Part shown: positions 47,653 to 56,269 of the stretch, piece after piece
Position numbering within the stretch: the first letter of the stretch is position 1
Layout: each line of letters begins with the position of its first letter
NCBI GenBank assembly: GCA_965223325.1
Contig: CBDCWI010000002.1
Location: 4,320,001-4,384,000, forward strand
Direction: 5' to 3'
DNA length: 64,000 nucleotides
Source of the DNA: Candidatus Multivoradales bacterium
GTDB lineage: Bacteria; Acidobacteriota; Thermoanaerobaculia; Multivoradales; Multivoraceae
The notes under the pieces: generated by a model
Databases searched by the model: none
Told to the model about the DNA's origin: nothing
The model's input: only the letters and a program-made list of their open reading frames with translations
Translations under genes and position numbers: made by a program

Positions 47653-49562
47653 GATACGCCGGGATAAACCGGCATGGAGAAAGGAATGAGAGAGTCCCAC
47701 CCTCGAAGGGGTAGCGACCCAGAGGGTCCCCGAGTCATGCGCCGGCTCCCGCGAGGGTGCGGTGAAGCGTTGACAGGGGCACACACAGGCCGGGTATTGA
47801 GCCGCGAAATAAGAATTTGGGAGTGCCGACGCTGTCAAGCGAAGCGGAAGGCGAGACTCCGTAGCGCGCTATCGCGAGCTCTGCGGCGACTCCCCGCGGT
47901 CGTAGACCCTGTGCATGTGTGGAATCTCCATGCGCGAGAACCGGGAGATCCGCGATCTGGCCAGTTGGGTATCTGGTCCGCATCGGGAAGGCTAGAGGCC
48001 GTAAGCCGATGACGCACGGATGGCGGAAGTCAGACAGGCCCGTAGTACCTGCGAAGTCGTCGAACAACGGTGGGAGACCAGCGGCGGAGGCGGTGGAGGG
48101 AAGGGGCCTGGCCAAGGGGAACACGGGCAAGCAAAACGCACCCCGGACACAGAGCCGGATGGAGAGTGCGAGCAATGCGCTGGGCCGTGTACGAGAAGCC
48201 GCCCGCAGGGGCAAGGAAGTGAAGTTCACAGCGCTTCTTCACCACATCACGGTCGAGCGACTCCGGAGCGCATTTGACGTGTTGCACCGAGACGCAGCGG
48301 CAGGAGTGGACGGAGTGTCATGGAGCGAGTACGCAGAATCTTTGCTGAGCAATCTCGAGGACCTGCACTCTCGTGTCCACCGTGGGAGCTACCGGGCGAG
48401 TGCGACTCGTCGCGTCTACATCGAGAAATCGGATGGGCGGTTCCGACCGCTTGGCATCGCCACGTTGGAGGACAAGATCCTTCAGCGCGCCGTCGTCTCG
48501 GTGTTGGATGCGATCTACGAGGAAGACTTTCTCGGGTACTCATACGGATTCAGGCGAGGCCGCAGCCAGCACGATGCTTTGGATGCGCTATTCGTTGGAA
48601 TCACAAAGCGGAAGGTGAACTGGGTGCTCGACGCAGACATTCGTGGGTTCTTCGATGCCCTGGACCACGAGTGGCTGGTGAAGTTTCTCGAGCACCGTAT
48701 CGGAGACCGTAGGATCCTTCGCCTCATCCAGAAATGGCTGAGGTCCGGAGTGATGGAAGACGGTAAGTGGCACGCGAGCACGCGGGGGACTCCTCAGGGG
48801 GCGACGATTTCGCCTCTCCTCGGGAACGTGTACCTGCACTACGTGCTCGATCTCTGGGTCCAGCAGTGGAGGAAACGCAACGCGCTTGGGGACATGATCT
48901 TCGTGCGCTACGCGGATGACTTCATCGTTGGATTTGAGAGGCAGGAGGAGGCAGAACGATTCCTCGAGGAACTGAACCTGCGACTCCGTGACTTCTCGTT
49001 GGAGATCCAACCCGAGAAGACGCGCCTGCTGGAGTTTGGCCGCTTTGCGGCCTACAACCGACGCGCGCGAGGTCTCGGGCGGCCGGAGACCTTCGAGTTT
49101 CTAGGCTTTACGCACTGCTGTGCGCAGTCTAGTCGAGGGAGGTTCTTGCTGAAGCGCATCACGAGCCGCCACCGAATCCGCAGGACACTGAAGGCTGTCG
49201 GTACGGCCCTTCTGGGACACCGACACTCGCCGCTACCAGAGCAAGGTCTCTGGCTGGGATCCGTGGTGCGAGGCTTCAATGCCTACTACGGCGTACCCGG
49301 CAACTCAGCGGCGTTGAACGCCTTTCGACAGGAGGTCATTCGGCACTGGATGCGCGCTCTGCGCCGACGCAGTGACAAAGACCGCACGTCCTGGAAACGG
49401 ATGTGGGCCCTGGTGGCCCACTACCTACCCAAAGCCCGAGTCCAACATCCCTGGCCTGATGAGCGACTTGTCGTCAATACCTGAGGCAGGAGCCCAGTGC
49501 ATTAGCAGTGCACGCTGGGATCTGTGCGGGGGGCGCCGGGCAACCGGCGCTCCTACCGCGAT
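47653..49562 (+). mobile_element. Group II intron, copy 2 (apparently identical to copy 1, offset 13,913 nt)
   Basis: All internal ORF translations match copy 1. Boundaries are fixed by comparison with intact repeat units (GACCGCTTG|CGCCGTCCCC). Confidence 0.96.
48009..49484 (+). CDS. ltrA: Group II intron reverse transcriptase/maturase
   Basis: Protein identical to 34096..35571; RYADD. Confidence 0.97.
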   Translation: MTHGWRKSDRPVVPAKSSNNGGRPAAEAVEGRGLAKGNTGKQNAPRTQSRMESASNALGRVREAARRGKEVKFTALLHHITVERLRSAFDVLHRDAAAGVDGVSWSEYAESLLSNLEDLHSRVHRGSYRASATRRVYIEKSDGRFRPLGIATLEDKILQRAVVSVLDAIYEEDFLGYSYGFRRGRSQHDALDALFVGITKRKVNWVLDADIRGFFDALDHEWLVKFLEHRIGDRRILRLIQKWLRSGVMEDGKWHASTRGTPQGATISPLLGNVYLHYVLDLWVQQWRKRNALGDMIFVRYADDFIVGFERQEEAERFLEELNLRLRDFSLEIQPEKTRLLEFGRFAAYNRRARGLGRPETFEFLGFTHCCAQSSRGRFLLKRITSRHRIRRTLKAVGTALLGHRHSPLPEQGLWLGSVVRGFNAYYGVPGNSAALNAFRQEVIRHWMRALRRRSDKDRTSWKRMWALVAHYLPKARVQHPWPDERLVVNT

Positions 49563-49801
49563 CGCCGTCCCCCTTGAGGGGGTACCAGGGGGTGAGGTGA
49601 CATTGATTGGGGTCGTGGTAACGACGGATCGCGCTCGCGAGATCGCCTCTCTCTACCAACAGCCTCACCTTGAGGGGGTACCAGGGGGTGAGGTGACATT
49701 GATTGGGGTCGTGGTAACGACGGATCGCGCTCGCGAGATCGCCTCTCTCTACCAACAGAGGGCCGAGTAGGCGCGCGCCCAGCGTATGACCACGACCCCA
49801 A

Positions 49802-50845
49802 TCAATACCTGAAAGGCCAAAGCCGAAAATAATCCTTCACATTCCGCCACAACTTCGCCAACCCCTCCGGCTCTAGAATCAAGAACAACACAATCACCAA
49901 CCCAAAGACTCCCTGCTGTACGAACGGCAACTTCGCAGCGAGAAGTGGCGCCGTGTCTTGCATCGCCCGGCCCATGGTCGAAATGAACGCCGGCAGAAGC
50001 ACAATCAGAGTGGCCCCGAAGAAGCTGCCGTTGATCGTGCCGAGGCCGCCGATGATGATCATCGCCAGGTAGAGAATGCTGGTCTCGATCGTGAACCGCT
50101 CCCAGGTGACGATCGTTCGGTAGTGCGCCAACATCGCACCCGCCAGCCCGACGACGAAACTCGAGGTCGCGAAGGCCAGGAGCTTGTAACCAAAGACGTT
50201 GACGCCGATGGCAGAGGCCGCGATGTCTTGATCGCGAATCGCAACGAACGCCCGGCCGACGCGCGACCGGAAGAGATTGGCAGTGGCCAAGGCGACCAGG
50301 CAAGCGACACCGACCGCGATCCAATAGAACTCGAAGTCACCGTTCACCCGCATGCCGGCCAGTTCTGGTGCCGGCACGACCAGCGCTTCGGTGCCGCCGG
50401 TAAGCGCTGTCCAGTGGGTGATCACCCACTCGACGATCTGTTGAGCGGCCAGGGTTGCGATGGCCAGGTAGAGGCCCTTCAGGCGCAGGCTCGGCAGGCC
50501 GAAGAAGAGCCCTATGAGAGCAGTCAGGAGGGCCGCTGCCGGAATGCTGAGGAAGAAGGGCCAGTCGAAGCGGGCGGTGAGGATTCCAGAACTGTAGGCA
50601 CCGATGGCGAGAAAGGCACCCTGCCCGAGGCTGATCTGACCGGTATAGCCAACCAGGATGTTGAGGCCCAGCGCACCGATGGTCGCTAGAGCGATCTGGT
50701 TGGCGAGGGTGAGCCAGTAGTTGCTGGCGACGAACGGAAAGGCAACCAGAAACACTCCGAACAGGGCCAGGCGCACCTTCTCGAGCGGCAAGCGGCGCAG
50801 CGACATGTCGCGGCGATAGGTTTCGAAGAACGTTCCAGATTGCAT
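49802..50845 (-). CDS. LIV-type ABC transporter permease (LivM-like)
   Basis: GLNILVGYTGQISLGQ, LRLKGLYLAIATLA, GRAFVAIRD, IIGGLG. Confidence 0.95.
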   Translation of the reverse strand: MQSGTFFETYRRDMSLRRLPLEKVRLALFGVFLVAFPFVASNYWLTLANQIALATIGALGLNILVGYTGQISLGQGAFLAIGAYSSGILTARFDWPFFLSIPAAALLTALIGLFFGLPSLRLKGLYLAIATLAAQQIVEWVITHWTALTGGTEALVVPAPELAGMRVNGDFEFYWIAVGVACLVALATANLFRSRVGRAFVAIRDQDIAASAIGVNVFGYKLLAFATSSFVVGLAGAMLAHYRTIVTWERFTIETSILYLAMIIIGGLGTINGSFFGATLIVLLPAFISTMGRAMQDTAPLLAAKLPFVQQGVFGLVIVLFLILEPEGLAKLWRNVKDYFRLWPFRY

Positions 50846-50866
50846 GGGGAAACTCGTTGCCGCGCG

Positions 50867-51745
50867 TCAGACGCGTTCGATGATCCTCTTTCCGAAGAGT
50901 CCGTAGGGGCGCACCATCAGCACCAGAATGAGCACCAGGTAGGGAACGATCAGTTCGAGCCCGTGCCCGTAGTAGCCGCCGGTGTAGGCCTCGAGCAGGC
51001 CGATGATCGCGCCGCCAACGATGGCGCCGGGAATCGAATCGAGGCCACCGAGAATCACCACCGGGAAGACCTTCAAACCTACGTGGGTGATCTCGAGGTT
51101 GACTCCGATCAGGTTAGAGAGCATGAGGCCAGCCACCGCCGCGGACACAGCCGCCATGGCCCATGCGACAGCGAGCACACGCTTGATCGAGATTCCCATG
51201 GACAGCGCCGCCTGCTGGTCGTCGGCAATGGCGCGCATGGCGATGCCGTTGCGGGTGTAGCGAAAGAACAGCGACAGGCCGGCCAGGAGCAGCATGGCGA
51301 TCAACACGATCAGAACGCGGTCGAGGCCGACGATGGCACCGGCGAGCGACAGTTCGCGATCAGGCAGAAATGCCCGGTCCTCGAAGGTCCTCGGGAGCGG
51401 CCCCCAGATCCCGCCGATCAGAGCGCGCAGGAGAGTCGAGAGCCCGATGGTCACCATGATCATCGAGATGATGGGCTCACCGATCAAGGGGCGCAGGACC
51501 AGACGTTCCACCAGGAGACCAATGGCGCCGGCAACCAACAGGGTCATGAAGAGACCGAGCGACCAGTGCAGGCCGAACTGAACGACGAAGCTGTAGGTGA
51601 GGTAGGCGCCGAAGACCAGAAACTCGCCCTGGGCGAAATTGATCACGTCGCTGGCCTTGTAGATGATCACGAAGCCGACGGCCACGAGGGCATACAACAT
51701 GCCATTCGAGAGGCCGGTCACGGTCAGCTGTAGGAAGGTCTCCAT
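50867..51745 (-). CDS. LIV-type ABC transporter permease (LivH-like)
   Basis: YALVAVGFVIIY..INFAQG, GIAMRA, ILGGLDSIPGA, RPYGLFG. Confidence 0.95.
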   Translation of the reverse strand: METFLQLTVTGLSNGMLYALVAVGFVIIYKASDVINFAQGEFLVFGAYLTYSFVVQFGLHWSLGLFMTLLVAGAIGLLVERLVLRPLIGEPIISMIMVTIGLSTLLRALIGGIWGPLPRTFEDRAFLPDRELSLAGAIVGLDRVLIVLIAMLLLAGLSLFFRYTRNGIAMRAIADDQQAALSMGISIKRVLAVAWAMAAVSAAVAGLMLSNLIGVNLEITHVGLKVFPVVILGGLDSIPGAIVGGAIIGLLEAYTGGYYGHGLELIVPYLVLILVLMVRPYGLFGKRIIERV

Positions 51746-51758
51746 GGTCAGGGGCCCT

Positions 51759-53711
51759 TTAGGCGGAGGAAGTCGCGCCAGTTTCGAGGCTGTCGATTCG
51801 CAGCCGGGTGTCGATCTTTGCCGTGCGCCCGTCCTGATAGGTGATCTCAGTTGCGAGTGCCAGTGAGTCGTCGCTGCCGTAGAGCGCGTCGACGATTTCC
51901 TTGTAGCGCTCGGCGACGAAGCCTCGGCGCACTTTGCGGGTGCGCGTCAGTTCAGCGTCGTCGGCGTCGAGTTCTTTGTGCAGGAGCAAAAAGCGACGGA
52001 TACGAGCAGCCTCGGGCAGGTCGGCATTGGTGCGTTCGACATGCTCACGGACCAGCTCGTACATCTCGTTCTTCTGCGACAGGTCGGTGAAGGTCGTGTA
52101 GGGGATCTGTCGACGCTCCGCCCACTTGCCTGAGTTGCCGAAGTCGATCGTGATCATCGAGGTGACGAAGGGCCAGTCGCCGCCGAAGACAACCGCCTCG
52201 CGAATGTAGGGGCTGAACTTGAGCTTGTTCTCGATGAACTGCGGCGAGAAGCGCGTGCCGTCGTGCAGGGTCATGACGTCTTTGGCGCGGTCGATCACGA
52301 TCAGGTGCCCGTCGTCGTCGAAGTAGCCGGCGTCTCCGGTGTGAAGCCAGCCATTCCGCAGGGTCTCCTCGGTGGCGTCGGGGTTCTCGAAGTAGCCCTG
52401 GAACACCGCGCTCGAGCGCGTCAGGATTTCGCCGTCTTCACTGAGATCGATCTCGGTTCCTGGCATCGGCGTGCCGACGGTCTGGCACTTGATCTCCCCG
52501 TCGCGATGCACGCACGAGATGCCACTCACTTCGGTTTGGCCATAGATCTGTTTCAGGTTGACGCCGATGGCGTGAAAGAAACGAAAGACGTCCGGGCCGA
52601 GGGCTGCACCGCCGGTGTAGGCGCGTCGCAGCCGCCGGAGGCCCAGCTGGTCTTTGAGCCAATGGAAGCAGACCCCCTCGGCGACCAGTCGGCGGAACCG
52701 CAAGCCGAACGATGCTGACGGTGGTGGGCCTTTAGACTGGTCGCGATCGAGGAAGTGGTCGGCGTAGCGGTAGCCCGATGCCATCGCCCACTCATAGACC
52801 CGACGCTTGAGCGGCGTGGAGTCTTCGATTTTGACTTGGACCTCGGAGAGCATGTTCTCCCAGATCCGCGGCGGCGAAAACATGACGCGAGGCCCGATCT
52901 CGCGGATGTTTTGCTGCACCGTTTCGGGTTCTTCGGGAAAGTTCACCGGAAACCCCACCAGCAGCCCACAGGCGACGCTGATCATCTGCTCGCCGATCCA
53001 GGCCAGGGGGAGGAACGAGACAAAGTCATCGTTCTCGAGCATTGGATCGGTGGCCTGCAGGCGCTCGGCCATCGCCACCATGTTGCGGTGGCTGAGCATC
53101 GCGAGCTTGGGTTTGCCGGTCGTGCCCGAGGTCGTCGACAGAACCGCGGTGTCGTCGACCTTCACATGCGCGACTCGGGCGTCGAAGTCTTCTGAAGACT
53201 TGCCGGCGCGTCTCCCGATCTCTTCGAGCTCAGGAAACGCCAACAGCTTCGGATGGCCGCGGTAACCGCTGCTGGTCAAGCCGCGCGGGTCGTAAAACAC
53301 GACGCGTTCGACGCGGGGGACGTCCTCTTCGATCTCGAGTAGCTTGTCGACCTGTTCCTGGTCCTCGGCAACGACAAAGCGTGCACCCGAGAAGTCGACC
53401 AGATAGCGCACCTCTTCGGCCACCGAGTCCTGGTAGACGCCCATCGAGACGCCACCGAGTGCCTGAGCTGCCCATTCGGCGATCAACCATTCGGGCCGGT
53501 TGTCGCCCAGGATGGCGAGCTTGTCGCCGGGTGCAAAACCCTGGTCTTCGAGGCCCCAGGCGAAGGCTTGTACGCGCTCCCTGAGCTCCGCCCAGGTGAT
53601 CGACCTCCAGATCCCGAACTCCTTCTCGCGCATGGCGACGCGGTCGGGCCAACGCGATGCGTTTCGTAGCAGTAGTGCTGGCAGCGTCGGGGGCGTGGGG
53701 CTCTCAGCCAT
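51759..53711 (-). CDS. Long-chain acyl-CoA synthetase (AMP-binding)
   Basis: TTSGTTGKPK, YGQTE, GWLHTGD, IDRAKD, ELTRTRKVRR. Confidence 0.95.
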   Translation of the reverse strand: MAESPTPPTLPALLLRNASRWPDRVAMREKEFGIWRSITWAELRERVQAFAWGLEDQGFAPGDKLAILGDNRPEWLIAEWAAQALGGVSMGVYQDSVAEEVRYLVDFSGARFVVAEDQEQVDKLLEIEEDVPRVERVVFYDPRGLTSSGYRGHPKLLAFPELEEIGRRAGKSSEDFDARVAHVKVDDTAVLSTTSGTTGKPKLAMLSHRNMVAMAERLQATDPMLENDDFVSFLPLAWIGEQMISVACGLLVGFPVNFPEEPETVQQNIREIGPRVMFSPPRIWENMLSEVQVKIEDSTPLKRRVYEWAMASGYRYADHFLDRDQSKGPPPSASFGLRFRRLVAEGVCFHWLKDQLGLRRLRRAYTGGAALGPDVFRFFHAIGVNLKQIYGQTEVSGISCVHRDGEIKCQTVGTPMPGTEIDLSEDGEILTRSSAVFQGYFENPDATEETLRNGWLHTGDAGYFDDDGHLIVIDRAKDVMTLHDGTRFSPQFIENKLKFSPYIREAVVFGGDWPFVTSMITIDFGNSGKWAERRQIPYTTFTDLSQKNEMYELVREHVERTNADLPEAARIRRFLLLHKELDADDAELTRTRKVRRGFVAERYKEIVDALYGSDDSLALATEITYQDGRTAKIDTRLRIDSLETGATSSA

Positions 53712-54549
53712 CGCGGGTGGCGCCTTCGCCCAGGTAGGCGGCTATGACGGCAGGATCGGCGCGCACGACACGAGGGGTTCCGCGTGCGATCACCCGGCCG
53801 AAGTCGAGAACGACAACGCGGTCCGAAAGGTCCATGACGACCCCCATGTCGTGCTCGATCAAGACACAGGTCACGTCGCGTTCTTCGTTGATGTCGAGAA
53901 TGAAACGCGCCATGTCTTCCTTCTCTTCGACGTTCATGCCGGCCATCGGCTCGTCGAGGAGCAGAAGCCTCGGGTCGAGCGCCAGTGCGCGCGCCAGCTC
54001 GACACGCTTCTGCAGGCCGTAGGCGAGCGTTCCAACCGGCTCTCGACGGAGTTGTTCGATCTCGAGAAAGTCGATGATCTCTTCTACGAACTCGCGGTGC
54101 TCGATTTCTTCGCGGCGTTGTGGGCCCCACCACAGGGCCGCCGTGAGGACATTGCCGTGCATGTGAACGTGGCGACCGAGCATCATGTTCTCGAGCACCG
54201 TCATGTGGCGAAAGAGCTCGATATTCTGAAACGAGCGGGCGACGCCGAGGCGTGCGATGCGGTGAGGCGCCAGTCGGGTCAGGTCATGGAACTGGCCCGC
54301 GCGGTCGCGCAGGAGAACCTGACCCTCCTGTGGTCGGTAGAGGCCCGAGATCGAGTTCAAGAGCGAGGTCTTGCCGGCACCGTTGGGGCCGATGACGGCG
54401 AGGATCTCGCCGTCTCGAACATCGAGGGCGGCGTTGGTCAGCGCTTTGACTCCGCCGAAGCGCAGCGACAGGTCGCGAACCTCCAGTAGGGGGTCCTGGG
54501 CGACGTCGCTGCTTGGGTCCGTTGACTCGCTGGCGCGGGGCTCGTTCAT
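53704..54549 (-). CDS. LIV-type ABC transporter ATP-binding protein (LivG-like)
   Basis: GPNGAGKT, LAYGLQKRVELARA, LLDEP, IEHDM, AYLG. ATG 54549. Confidence 0.95.
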   Translation of the reverse strand: MNEPRASESTDPSSDVAQDPLLEVRDLSLRFGGVKALTNAALDVRDGEILAVIGPNGAGKTSLLNSISGLYRPQEGQVLLRDRAGQFHDLTRLAPHRIARLGVARSFQNIELFRHMTVLENMMLGRHVHMHGNVLTAALWWGPQRREEIEHREFVEEIIDFLEIEQLRREPVGTLAYGLQKRVELARALALDPRLLLLDEPMAGMNVEEKEDMARFILDINEERDVTCVLIEHDMGVVMDLSDRVVVLDFGRVIARGTPRVVRADPAVIAAYLGEGATRDG

Positions 54550-54842
54550 AGAGTTTGCGATCGAGGACTCGGTCGACGACGACCTGCCTCGACTGCACCC
54601 TCGAGGGGTGTCAGGACAAAGGTGGCTCAGCGGGGTGGTGAATCCGTCGAACCCCCAGGGTTGTTGGGAAGGTGGCTGGATATATAGCACGCGCCTCCAC
54701 CGACGAATCGAAACCCCGGGAAACGCAGTAGTTGCGGTATTCGGGATACCATCCAGAGCTGGGCTCGCCACTGCCAGGCGCTCGAATAGATCGCGGGCCC
54801 TCACTCGACGGGAGCACTAGACGGAGGCGGACCACGGTGGCG

Positions 54843-56249
54843 ATGGGACCGGAAGAGTTACGAGACAAGCTCGAGAGGCTGAGGCGCGAGCGCCTCGTCG
54901 ACGAGCTGTTGACGATTGCGGACGGCGAGCCGGCGGTTCGACTGCGACTCGAGACCCTCGCTCTGGCGACCGACCCCGAGGCGCTCGGCAAGTCGCTCGA
55001 GAACCGCATTTCGCGTCTCATGCGGGCGCGCCGCTTCGTGCCCCACCGCAACAGCGCGACCTATGCCCGGGAACTCGACGAGCTGGTTGAGACGGTCGAA
55101 CGCGACCTTCTGCCCTATGCACCCGAGAAGGCCTGTGAGCTGGCAGAGCTGTTCCTGCGCACCGACGGAACCACCTTCGAACGGGTCGACGACTCGTCGG
55201 GCTGGATTGCCAGCGCCTACCGGCGAGCCGCTCGTCTGTGGCTCGATGCCGCAGCTGCCAGCTCGGAAACGCCAGCCGACTCACCGTCGTGGATGGAGAA
55301 GCTTCACGAACTCGCGGTTCAAGACGCCTACGGTGTGCGCATGCCACTCCTGCGCCACGCCGACGTTCTGCTTTCCGAGCACGAGCTCAGGAGACTGGTA
55401 AGGCGGTTCGAAGGTGAGCTTTCGAACCGCGAGGGCGATGGTGACACCACTTCGTCCCTGGCTCTTCTGGCCGAAGCGCTACGCGACCCACGTCTCTTCG
55501 AGCGCTCGATCACCTGTCGCAGCGGCGTGTTGAGCGAGGCCGAGGCCGCTAGCGCCGGTCGTCGCTACCTCGAGTGGAACAAGGTCGCGGACGCCTGCCG
55601 AGTGCTGCAGCCCTATGCCGGTCCCTCGGCACGGCGCGAGGTCGTCGCGCTGCTGGCGGAGTGTCATGAGAGAACCGGCGACGTCGAGGCAGAGCGCCCG
55701 TATCGCTGGCAACTGTTCGAAGCACAGCCCGACTCCTCGACCCTCGAACGGTTGCTCGAACTCGAGACAGGGCAGGTCGAAGGAAACGGCGGCACCCTGT
55801 CGACGGGTCAAACGCTGCGCGCTAGAGCGGCGACCGAACGGGCGCGCCGCATCGCAGCCGAGCACCCCGACGTCATTGCCGCGTCGCGCTTTCTGCTCGA
55901 GGCGGGCTTCGGTGACGACGCCGAGTCGTTGTTGCTCGATCGTCGCCTCGATCTCGAAGAGATCGGCCAGAGTGTGCTGGCAGAGTTAGCGCGCCTGGGC
56001 CGCGCCAAGAAGCGTCCAACCGTCGAGGTGGTCATCTATCGCGAACTGACGGTGAGGATTCTCGATGCCACCCGCCGCGGGGCCTACGGACACGCGGCGC
56101 ACTACCTCGGGCGTCTCGAAGAGCTGGACGAGAGCGTGATCGACTACGGCCCACTCGATGATCATGCCGGCTTCCGCTCTGACCTGAAGGCAAGACATGG
56201 CCGCAAGTCCTCCTTTTGGCGCAAGGTGGGAAGGGACCCGGTCGCCTGA
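54843..56249 (+). CDS. Alpha-helical conserved hypothetical protein (DUF6880-like)
   Basis: ERVDDSSG and C-terminal AYGHAA...HGRKSSFW motifs, recognised from memory. Confidence 0.7.
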   Translation: MGPEELRDKLERLRRERLVDELLTIADGEPAVRLRLETLALATDPEALGKSLENRISRLMRARRFVPHRNSATYARELDELVETVERDLLPYAPEKACELAELFLRTDGTTFERVDDSSGWIASAYRRAARLWLDAAAASSETPADSPSWMEKLHELAVQDAYGVRMPLLRHADVLLSEHELRRLVRRFEGELSNREGDGDTTSSLALLAEALRDPRLFERSITCRSGVLSEAEAASAGRRYLEWNKVADACRVLQPYAGPSARREVVALLAECHERTGDVEAERPYRWQLFEAQPDSSTLERLLELETGQVEGNGGTLSTGQTLRARAATERARRIAAEHPDVIAASRFLLEAGFGDDAESLLLDRRLDLEEIGQSVLAELARLGRAKKRPTVEVVIYRELTVRILDATRRGAYGHAAHYLGRLEELDESVIDYGPLDDHAGFRSDLKARHGRKSSFWRKVGRDPVA

Positions 56250-56269
56250 GTGCGGTCGGGCGCGGTTCG

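Larger units (their letters stand above)
46918..49806 (+). repeat. Tandem array of 284-bp structured repeats (3 units, third interrupted by intron) plus 96-bp partial duplication and mosaic end
   Basis: Units start at 46924, 47208 and 47492; unit 3 resumes at 49563; 49572-49662 is repeated at 49668-49758. Confidence 0.95.

Noticed and set aside
33740-49562. Block integrated by single crossover between intron copies, or a simple assembly swap at the introns
   Set aside because: The flanks of copy 2 rejoin exactly into an intact 284-bp unit, so they are native partners; independent insertions fit better. Long reads are still desirable.
46924-49758. CRISPR array
   Set aside because: The constant part is about 250 nt, two units share the same insert, and there are no cas genes in the window.
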